A program made the translations under genes and the position numbers. Shown here piece after piece: positions 1-6,451 of a DNA stretch of 17,036 bases. Every line of letters starts with the position of its first letter. Position 1 is the first letter of the stretch. The notes beneath the pieces were generated by a model. The model made no database searches. It was not told the origin of the DNA and saw nothing but the letters and a program-made list of their open reading frames with translations. The DNA comes from Candidatus Omnitrophota bacterium (lineage in GTDB: Bacteria > Omnitrophota > Gorgyraeia > Duberdicusellales > 4484-171), in assembly GCA_021735655.1 (NCBI GenBank), contig JAIPGM010000014.1, positions 1 through 17,036 on the forward strand. Reading direction: 5' to 3'.

Positions 1-91
1 GTATTTGAAGATTTTAGTAATTTTAAATTACAATCTGATAAAAAAGTTTACCATTTATCTCCAGCCTAATGTAGGGCTTGCGATAAATGGC

Positions 92-117
92 TTGATATTT
101 TGAGAGTAGAATATACT
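92..117 (+). promoter_or_regulatory. Weak candidate sigma70 promoter upstream of the first operon. TTGATA (92-97), a short 14-nt spacer, then TATACT (112-117). An AT-rich near-palindrome TAATTTtAAATTA lies at 18-30.
   Basis: Hexamers read directly from the sequence. The spacer is shorter than optimal, so this is weak. An AGGAG Shine-Dalgarno lies at 131-135, before the ATG at 141. Confidence 0.2.
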
Positions 118-140
118 GGACAATTAACATAGGAGATTCT

Positions 141-752
141 ATGAAACATTTTTATTTTTTCGGGTTGGCGGTTTTGTTGTTTTTAGGTCTGGCTTGCGAT
201 CGAGGTCCACAAGAGGTAGTTATCGACAGTTTTGAGAGTGAAATAAATCCAAAAACTGTTGATTTTGGTGCAAGTGAGAATTCGTCTATAAGCGTTGATT
301 TAGCCAAGGATATAAAAGTTTGTGGTGAGCAGTCGTTAAAAATGACTTATGATTTAAGGCCTTCGGGGTATATGTGGGTTGCTCGAGGTTATGGCTTAGA
401 CGTTGAAGGGGCTGCTCTTTGGGAAGTTAAACCTAAAGATATCAAATGGAAGAGATATAAATCAATTAGTGTTGCGATATACGGACGGAACTCGGGAGGC
501 GTTTTAGCTTTTGACTTAAAGGATAGTGGTGGAGAAATGTGGCGGACTATTATTGATGATGATTTTGAGGGTTGGAAAGGTGTAGTTTGTCCTTTCAAGA
601 ATTTCTTTCCTCGTAAAGATTGGCAACCGGACACTGCCAAGAAGAATGATAAATTAGACTTTCCGATTATGAGTTTTCAATTCGAGCCACGGCTTCCTGG
701 CATCGGCGTCTATTATTTTGACTGCATAAAGGCTGTGAAAGTAGAAAAATAA
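141..752 (+). CDS. Putative secreted lipoprotein with a beta-sandwich (CBM / galactose-binding-like) appearance. Function unknown.
   Basis: Hydrophobic N-terminal signal followed by a Cys (…FLGLAC|DRG), which is lipobox-like. AGGAG RBS 6 nt upstream. The mature part is rich in Gly, aromatic and acidic residues (GYMWVARGYG, DDDFEGWKG), reminiscent of carbohydrate-binding or CIA30-type beta-sandwich domains. The stop TAA is immediately followed by the ATG of the next gene. Confidence 0.55.
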   Translation: MKHFYFFGLAVLLFLGLACDRGPQEVVIDSFESEINPKTVDFGASENSSISVDLAKDIKVCGEQSLKMTYDLRPSGYMWVARGYGLDVEGAALWEVKPKDIKWKRYKSISVAIYGRNSGGVLAFDLKDSGGEMWRTIIDDDFEGWKGVVCPFKNFFPRKDWQPDTAKKNDKLDFPIMSFQFEPRLPGIGVYYFDCIKAVKVEK

Positions 753-1778
753 ATGTCCGGTAAAGTCATTGATTTATCAAAGCTAAGCGAAGAGGAATTA
801 CTTAAGGTTAAAATTCGTGACCTGGGCCTCTCAATAGAAGGCACTTGGTTAGAAGATTGTATTCAGCAGTTATATGGAGAACTTGATTCTCAAGGAATCA
901 AGTTCAAACCACCTTGCTACTTAGCCGATGAATGGCTTGCTCCTGATGAAGAGCCAATAATTGGAATACCTTTTTTTTTAGCCCATCCGACGCTTATTAA
1001 GCTAGAAAGGAAAATGATGCTTGATGTCGAAGGTGGTACAAAAGCCTGGTGTATGAAGTTACTTCGTCATGAAACTGGCCATGCTTTAAATTATGCCTAC
1101 AAGCTTTATCGTCGGAAAAACTGGCAAAAGATATTTGGAAAATTTTCCAAGGAGTACGCTGATACTTATCGTTTTCGTCCTTATAGCAAGAATTTCGTTC
1201 GGCATTTGGAAAATCATTATGCTCAATATCATCCTGATGAGGATTTTTCGGAAACTTTTGCTGTCTGGCTTACGCCGGGGCTTAATTGGCAACAACAGTA
1301 TAAGGGTTGGCGGGTGATAAGTAAACTTCATTATGTCGATAAGATTATTAATGAAGTAAAAGATAAAGAGCCATTGGTGGAAAAGGGTAGTCGTTATTGG
1401 GAAGCTAGACGCATGCGCACGACTTTGAAGAGTTTTTATAAGAAAAAACGTCGTTCCTACGCAGAGGATTTTCCTGATTTTCACGATTCTAACTTAAGAC
1501 GAATATTTACCTTACCGGAACCGGAAAGCAAACCTTTGTCTTCGGCGGCAGCAATTTTAAAAAAGTACCGCAAAGAAATATTGAATAATGTAGCTCGTTG
1601 GACCGGAGAAAGAAAATATATTATTGGAGACCTTATTGATACTTTGATTCAGCGATCTAGGGAACTTAAATTGGTGGTTGTTGATCAGGAATCGCTGGCG
1701 GTACTTAAAATTTCTACCTATATTACGACTTTGGTGATGAACTATCTTTATACTGGAGGCTTTAGTAAGGAAAGATGA
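753..1778 (+). CDS. HExxH zincin-like putative metallopeptidase; family uncertain.
   Basis: Canonical HExxH (H-E-T-G-H, aa 106-110, nt 1068-1082) inside a helix-like context (LLRHETGHALNYAYKL). A possible third ligand (Glu/His) sits downstream (HYAQYHPDEDFSETFAVW). Start abuts the upstream stop (TAA-ATG), and the 3' end overlaps the next gene by 4 nt (ATGA). Confidence 0.6.
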   Translation: MSGKVIDLSKLSEEELLKVKIRDLGLSIEGTWLEDCIQQLYGELDSQGIKFKPPCYLADEWLAPDEEPIIGIPFFLAHPTLIKLERKMMLDVEGGTKAWCMKLLRHETGHALNYAYKLYRRKNWQKIFGKFSKEYADTYRFRPYSKNFVRHLENHYAQYHPDEDFSETFAVWLTPGLNWQQQYKGWRVISKLHYVDKIINEVKDKEPLVEKGSRYWEARRMRTTLKSFYKKKRRSYAEDFPDFHDSNLRRIFTLPEPESKPLSSAAAILKKYRKEILNNVARWTGERKYIIGDLIDTLIQRSRELKLVVVDQESLAVLKISTYITTLVMNYLYTGGFSKER

Positions 1779-2794
1779 AAAAACTAAGGGTTCTTTTGCT
1801 TTTTGATAGTCCAGTTTCGAGAATGCGCGGTTATGACTTTAAAGAGGAATTTAAGGATGTTGATTGGGATACCGAGCGCAGCACTTATGAAGTTTTAACT
1901 AAAGCGGGACACGAGGTAAGGATCTTAGGTCTTTATAATAATATTAATATACTTCTTGAAGAGATTGCCGAAATCAAACCGGACATAATTTTCAATATGG
2001 CTGAAGTGTTTAATCAAAAGTCATACCTAGATAAGAATGTTGCCGGAGTTCTTGAGATGCTAGATATTCCTTATACCGGGGCATCTTTAACTACTTTGGC
2101 TATTTGCGGCGATAAAGCTTTATGTAAAAAGATACTTAGTTTTCATAGAATTAAAGTTCCCCAGTTTTATACTTTCTATCGTCACCGGCGGATCTGGCTT
2201 CCTAAGAGACTTCGTTTACCATTAATTGTTAAACCGCTCAGTGAAGAAGCTTCTCGAGGGATTTCTCAAGCTTCAATCGTCGACAATGAGGAGGCGATGA
2301 TTGAGAGAGTTAAGTTTATTCATGATAGTATGAAGAATGACGCCATAGTTGAAGAATACATCGAAGGTCGGGAGCTTTATGTTAGTGCAATTGGTGATAA
2401 GCGAATTAAGATTTTACCTATGCGTGAGATGAAGTTTGGTAGCCTCGGTGAAGATGAGCCGCGGATCGCTACCTATAAGGCAAAGTGGGATTATAAATAT
2501 CGAAAAAAGTGGGAAATTAAAAATATGTTTGCCGGAAGGCTACCTAATGGCTCAACCGAGAAGATAAATGAAGTTTGCAAGCGTGCCTTTAGAGCTTTAA
2601 ATTTGGAGTGTTACGCCCGTTTTGACATTCGTTTAACAAACGATTCAAAAATATATATTCTTGAAGTTAATGCTAACCCTTCTTTAGACCCTGATGATGA
2701 ATTGGCCCAGTCAGCAGAAAAGGGTGGATTAACTTACGATAAGCTTATTCAAAAAATATTGATATTGGGGCTTAAGAGAGGTGGAAATAATTAA
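1775..2794 (+). CDS. ATP-grasp enzyme of the D-Ala-D-Ala ligase / RimK-like superfamily (amidoligase).
   Basis: Collinear with the Ddl fold throughout. RVLLLFD at the N-terminus; DIPYTGASLTTLAICGDKALCKKIL in the central domain; PLIVKPLSEEASRGIS (P-loop-like); EEYIEGRELYVSAIGD; an omega-loop-like KAKWDYKY; and the C-terminal Mg/ATP motif ARFDIRLTNDSKIYILEVNANPSL. It lacks the HG..GEDG block I expect in genuine Ddl. Confidence 0.85.
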   Translation: MKKLRVLLLFDSPVSRMRGYDFKEEFKDVDWDTERSTYEVLTKAGHEVRILGLYNNINILLEEIAEIKPDIIFNMAEVFNQKSYLDKNVAGVLEMLDIPYTGASLTTLAICGDKALCKKILSFHRIKVPQFYTFYRHRRIWLPKRLRLPLIVKPLSEEASRGISQASIVDNEEAMIERVKFIHDSMKNDAIVEEYIEGRELYVSAIGDKRIKILPMREMKFGSLGEDEPRIATYKAKWDYKYRKKWEIKNMFAGRLPNGSTEKINEVCKRAFRALNLECYARFDIRLTNDSKIYILEVNANPSLDPDDELAQSAEKGGLTYDKLIQKILILGLKRGGNN

Positions 2795-2796
2795 TT

Positions 2797-3054
2797 ATGG
2801 GTGCAGAGATTTTTGTAGCTCGTTGTTATGATGTTGGAGGAGTAGGTTTGGTAATCAATGGCTGGGTCCAGTCAGGTGAGATTAGGGAAGGATCAGTCGG
2901 TAGAACCTATAAAGGAAAAAGATTTACTTTGGTAAAGATTGAAAAAGAAGGTAAGCAAATTCCTAAGGCTGTTGAGAAAGATAAGATTAATCTTTTTGTT
3001 AAACATGTTAACCGCACTGAGGTGAAGCCGGGTGAGACTGTTTATTTTGAGTAG
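2797..3054 (+). CDS. Small (85 aa) stand-alone beta-barrel protein resembling EF-Tu domain 2 (translation-protein beta-barrel). It ends in -VYFE.
   Basis: The whole length matches EF-Tu D2: VGGVGLVINGWVQSGEIREGSVG aligns with GTVVTGRVERGIIKVGEEV, and the C-terminal KINLFVKHVNRTEVKPGETV aligns with [21 protein letters not shown]. Starts 2 nt after the ATP-grasp stop. Family placement is by eye, so confidence is moderate. Confidence 0.5.
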   Translation: MGAEIFVARCYDVGGVGLVINGWVQSGEIREGSVGRTYKGKRFTLVKIEKEGKQIPKAVEKDKINLFVKHVNRTEVKPGETVYFE

Positions 3055-3063
3055 GTTTTAGTC

Positions 3064-3633
3064 TTGCAGAGATCAACTAAGATGAAAGATTTACTTAATC
3101 CTAGTCAGAGAAGTTATCTTCTTTCTTTAGTTAGAGATACTATTCAACACTATCTAAGGACAAAAGAACCCTTAGAGCCCAAGACGGAAGACTCTTTGCT
3201 AAAAGATGTGCGCGGCGCTTTTGTTACTTTGCACCAAGGAGGTAGGCTAAGGGGTTGCATTGGTAGTATAGTTGCAACTAAGCCTCTTTATTTAGAGATA
3301 AGGGATATGGCTATTGCCGCAAGTACCCAAGATTCGAGATTTTCTCCGGTGAGTGAAGGAGAGCTGGCCGACATAAGAATAGAGATATCAGTTTTGTCGC
3401 CGTTTAAAAAAATAGTTAATTCTGACGAAATCATAGTTGGCAAGCATGGAGTTTTAGTGAAGCAGGGGTATAAAAGTGGAGTTTATCTACCACAAGTAGC
3501 TAAAGAGACCGGATGGGGTAAGGAAGAATTTATGAATAGTCTTTGTAGGGATAAGGCTGGCATCTCAGTTGATTCTTGGAAGAGGGGTGAGTGCGAAATC
3601 TATATTTTTAGTGCAGAAGTATTCGGAGAGTAG
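3064..3633 (+). CDS. AMMECR1-domain protein.
   Basis: Signature GAFVTLHQGGRLRGCIGS and downstream GKHGVLV / GVYLPQV blocks typical of AMMECR1. The annotated start is TTG at 3064; an in-frame ATG at 3082 (MKDLL…) is an alternative start. Confidence 0.8.
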   Translation: MQRSTKMKDLLNPSQRSYLLSLVRDTIQHYLRTKEPLEPKTEDSLLKDVRGAFVTLHQGGRLRGCIGSIVATKPLYLEIRDMAIAASTQDSRFSPVSEGELADIRIEISVLSPFKKIVNSDEIIVGKHGVLVKQGYKSGVYLPQVAKETGWGKEEFMNSLCRDKAGISVDSWKRGECEIYIFSAEVFGE

Positions 3634-3639
3634 TTAAAA

Positions 3640-4395
3640 ATGTCTAAAACTGTAAAAAATTTAATTATTGCCAATGTTTCAGTTTTTCTGCTTAGCTCTA
3701 TTTGGCAAGAGTTTCCGATCGGGCTGTTAGCTATGGTTCCGAGATTGGTCTTTTCAAAGTTAATGATTTGGCAGCTAGTTACCTATATGTTTGTGCATCT
3801 TGATTTGTGGCATTTGGTGATGAATATGCTGATGCTTTGGTTTTTTGGACCAGCAATCGAGGCAGCTTGGGGCCAGAAGCGATTTTTAATTTATTATTTT
3901 TTTACTGGTATCGGCGCAGCTTTATGCAGTGTTATTTTTTCCTTTAATTCACCGATAATCGGAGCCTCGGGTGCAATATTTGGAATATTGGTTGCTTACG
4001 CCATGCTTTATCCTGATAATATGATTTTGTTTTTTTTCTTTGTTCCGATGAAGATGAAACATGCTGTTTTTGTCTTAGCCGGAATAAATCTTTTGGGGGC
4101 AATTTCAGCTTCTGGCAGTGGCATTGCTTACATAGCTCATTTAGGCGGTGGTCTTTTTGGTTACCTTTACTTAAAAAACGAAACTTTACGCCATCGCCTT
4201 CTATCTTTAGACTTTGAGAAGATCAAATCATGGTTTAATAAGCCATCGGCAAAACCGACAAAGTCTACTAAACCCAATAAGCCTAAAACCTTTGATGAAC
4301 GGGTTGATGAGATTCTTGATAAGATATCCAAGAAAGGAATGGCTAGCCTTACTAAGGAGGAGATAGATATCCTTGATCGACGTAGTCGTTCTTAA
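3640..4395 (+). CDS. Rhomboid-family intramembrane serine protease with a C-terminal Pro/Lys-rich linker and a SHOCT-like tail.
   Basis: Multiple TM helices. Catalytic GxSG (GASGAIFGIL) and a His in AHLGGGLFG sit in the last TM helices. The tail KPSAKPTKSTKPNKPK followed by ERVDEILDKISKKGMASLTKEEIDILD fits the L-x-L-x3-G-x-[IL]-T-x-EE-[FI] SHOCT pattern. Confidence 0.85.
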   Translation: MSKTVKNLIIANVSVFLLSSIWQEFPIGLLAMVPRLVFSKLMIWQLVTYMFVHLDLWHLVMNMLMLWFFGPAIEAAWGQKRFLIYYFFTGIGAALCSVIFSFNSPIIGASGAIFGILVAYAMLYPDNMILFFFFVPMKMKHAVFVLAGINLLGAISASGSGIAYIAHLGGGLFGYLYLKNETLRHRLLSLDFEKIKSWFNKPSAKPTKSTKPNKPKTFDERVDEILDKISKKGMASLTKEEIDILDRRSRS

Positions 4396-4437
4396 CCCGC
4401 CATTTTGTTAGTTTTTCCTAGAAACTTACTGCTGAGC

Positions 4438-4466
4438 TTGACAAACCAAGATAAATAGGCTATACT
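4438..4466 (+). promoter_or_regulatory. Near-consensus sigma70 promoter: TTGACA (4438-4443), 17 nt spacer, TATACT (4461-4466).
   Basis: Read directly from the sequence. It lies in the only sizeable intergenic gap (4396-4512), about 47 nt upstream of the MarR ATG. An AGGAGG Shine-Dalgarno is at 4501-4506. Confidence 0.6.
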
Positions 4467-4473
4467 TTGGTTG

Positions 4474-4495
4474 ATTAATAGTTCACATTATTAAT
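4474..4495 (+). promoter_or_regulatory. Inverted repeat ATTAATA-N8-TATTAAT between the -10 element and the RBS; candidate MarR operator.
   Basis: Perfect 7-bp arms read from the sequence. Position relative to the -10/+1 region is typical of MarR autoregulatory sites. The AT-rich context makes chance palindromes more likely. Confidence 0.35.
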
Positions 4496-4512
4496 ATTTT
4501 AGGAGGTTAATT

Positions 4513-4974
4513 ATGCCTAAAGAAAGTCAAATAAAACAATTTTCTCAAGAGCTTACCGAAAGTATATCTTATATCCAGCGAATGGCCCGAATATTGCTAA
4601 GAGAGCGTTCCGATGCATTAATTCAGGGAAAAGTAACCATGCCCCAGTATTTGAGTCTCGAGTTGCTCAGTAATCATGGCGTTCTAAAGATGAAAGATAT
4701 TGCCAAAGCTTTAAATATTAGTCTTCCAGCGGCAACTGGCTTGGTGAATCGTTTGGTCAAAATGAAGTTAGTTGAGCGGGTTTATGATCAAGAAGACCGC
4801 CGGGTAATATTTGTTGAGCTCACCAGTGAAGGGAAAAAAACTACTGATGAAACTAAGTTAGCCCGGAGAAAAATTATTGAGGAGATGTTTGGCGGTATTA
4901 CCGATGAAGAAAGGGAAATTTATATTAGAATTATTCGCAAGGTAAAGAGTAATTTAAATGAAAAAGCTAAGTAA
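4513..4974 (+). CDS. MarR-family winged-helix transcriptional regulator.
   Basis: The wHTH core (TMPQYLSLELLSNHGVLKMKDIAKALNISLPAATGLVNRLVKMKLVERVYDQEDRRVIFVELTSEGKK) matches the MarR recognition helix and wing pattern. Size is 153 aa. The 3' end overlaps the next gene by 17 nt. Confidence 0.85.
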   Translation: MPKESQIKQFSQELTESISYIQRMARILLRERSDALIQGKVTMPQYLSLELLSNHGVLKMKDIAKALNISLPAATGLVNRLVKMKLVERVYDQEDRRVIFVELTSEGKKTTDETKLARRKIIEEMFGGITDEEREIYIRIIRKVKSNLNEKAK

Positions 4975-6439
4975 AAGTAAAAACATTAGTTTATTTTTAA
5001 TTCTAGTGGCAGGATTTTTTTTAACTTTTAAAGGTTTCACTGAAGACCTATTGCCTTTGGAATTGTCTTTAGAAGAGGTAACCGAGATTGCTTTGGAAAA
5101 TTCTTTGGATATTCAGATTGCTAAGTTTGATACCTATATTAGTAGAACCTCTAAAGATGAGGCTGAATCAATATTTGATACTATTTTTAGCGCTGAAGCT
5201 AGCTATAATCGAAATCGAAAAGAAACGGCCAGTTCTTTGGCCGGAACCGATACTCGAGAGACTATTTTTTCATTGGGTCTTGAGAAAAAACTACCTACCG
5301 GAACCACGCTTGCTCTAGATGCAATCAACACCAAGACTAAAACTAATAGTTCTTTTACTACCTTAAATCCTTATACTGAAGCTGGGCTTGAATTTTCAGT
5401 AACTCAGGAGTTAGGTAGGAATTTCTTTGGCTTAGCTGATCGGGCTAAGATTAAAATTACTAAAATCGATATTGAAAATTCTGAGTTTGTGTCTTTGGAT
5501 GATATTGAACAGTTTCTCTATGCTGTTCAGCGTTCCTATTGGAATTTAGCACTTCGCGAAGAAGAGCTTTTAATCGCTAAAGATATGCTGTCGGAAGCAG
5601 AAAAACTTTATGAAATTTACAAGGAAAAGAAAGAGCTAGGCTTGGTCGAGGAGAGTGAATTTTTAGCAATTGAGGCTTTACTTAAGGCCCGTCAAAGTAG
5701 CATTAATGTAGCTCAATTAGCTCGGGAAACGGCAAAGAATGATTTATTATTTTTAATTAACCGTGGTGATTTTCAGCAAAATCTTATTCCTCGGGATAGT
5801 CTAGATATCGAGGTTTTTGAGACAGATTTATATCAAGCTTTGAATCGGGCAGTTGATTCGCGTCGTGACTATAAGCGGATTAAAAATGAGTTAGAGAAAA
5901 ACAAGATTGATTTGGTGGTTAAAAAGAATGCCCTTTGGCCGCAAATAGATTTTGAGGCTACTTTTACTCGCAATAATATTGATACCGGACGCAGTCAGGC
6001 TTGGGGGGATATTTTTAGCGATGGCGGCGAAGATGTTTTTTTTAAAGTAAGTTTTGAGGTACCGCTTGAAAAAAGAGCGGCTCGTTCTCAAGTTCGCAAG
6101 GCCGACTTAGAAAAATCTCGGTTTTTACTCAAGTTTAAGCGAATTGAACGTCTATTGTTACAGGAAATCAACGATAAGGTTAATCAGGTAAATACGATGC
6201 AGAATCAAGTCAAACTATTTAAGCAGACGGTTAAAATTCATCAGCGCAAACTTAAGAGTCAAATTGAGCGTTTAAGTTTGGGGCGCTCTGATTCAGATAC
6301 GCTTATTCGTTACGAGGAAGACTTATTAAAAGCACGTTTATCTTTAGCGGAGTATTTATTTAATTATCGTACTAGTTTGATCGAGCTGGATTTAAAACAG
6401 AACATTTTACTAGATAAGTATTGGCAGGAGCCACTTTAG
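4958..6439 (+). CDS. TolC-family outer-membrane efflux protein (outer membrane factor, OMF).
   Basis: N-terminal signal peptide, then the classic OMF opening (LSLEEVTEIALENSLDIQIAKFD…). Two-fold internal repeat of beta-strand and coiled-coil segments. 493 aa. Confidence 0.85.
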   Translation: MKKLSKSKNISLFLILVAGFFLTFKGFTEDLLPLELSLEEVTEIALENSLDIQIAKFDTYISRTSKDEAESIFDTIFSAEASYNRNRKETASSLAGTDTRETIFSLGLEKKLPTGTTLALDAINTKTKTNSSFTTLNPYTEAGLEFSVTQELGRNFFGLADRAKIKITKIDIENSEFVSLDDIEQFLYAVQRSYWNLALREEELLIAKDMLSEAEKLYEIYKEKKELGLVEESEFLAIEALLKARQSSINVAQLARETAKNDLLFLINRGDFQQNLIPRDSLDIEVFETDLYQALNRAVDSRRDYKRIKNELEKNKIDLVVKKNALWPQIDFEATFTRNNIDTGRSQAWGDIFSDGGEDVFFKVSFEVPLEKRAARSQVRKADLEKSRFLLKFKRIERLLLQEINDKVNQVNTMQNQVKLFKQTVKIHQRKLKSQIERLSLGRSDSDTLIRYEEDLLKARLSLAEYLFNYRTSLIELDLKQNILLDKYWQEPL

Positions 6440-6451
6440 GAGAGCAAAGCG

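Noticed and set aside
61-80. A small hairpin (AGCC…GGCT) upstream of the first gene as a terminator for an upstream operon.
   Set aside because: The stem is only 4 bp and has no U-tract. It is indistinguishable from chance.
389-640. Minus-strand and alternative-frame ORFs of 60-132 aa (389-640, 1086-1484, 1093-1317, 5088-5318, 5891-6091, 7153-7353, 7429-7662, 11302-11484, 12014-12211, 15449-15682, 16709-16891).
   Set aside because: All are embedded in well-supported + strand genes with recognisable domains. They have low-complexity or odd composition and no RBS, so they are shadow ORFs.
971-979. Homopolymeric T9 and T8 tracts inside coding regions (971-979; also around 4026-4036 and 5015-5024) as possible phase-variation slip sites.
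   Set aside because: All are in frame and encode Phe/Leu-rich hydrophobic stretches. Their frequency is consistent with the overall A+T richness, and there is nothing pointing to contingency-locus behaviour.
1775-2794. Calling the ATP-grasp gene housekeeping ddl.
   Set aside because: The fold is Ddl-like, but the HG..GEDG N-domain block I expect in real Ddl is absent, and the context is not cell-wall synthesis. I kept the generic family call.
3064-3633. Annotating the locus as an AmmeMemoRadiSam system.
   Set aside because: Only the AMMECR1 component is present. There is no Memo-like or radical-SAM gene among the neighbours.
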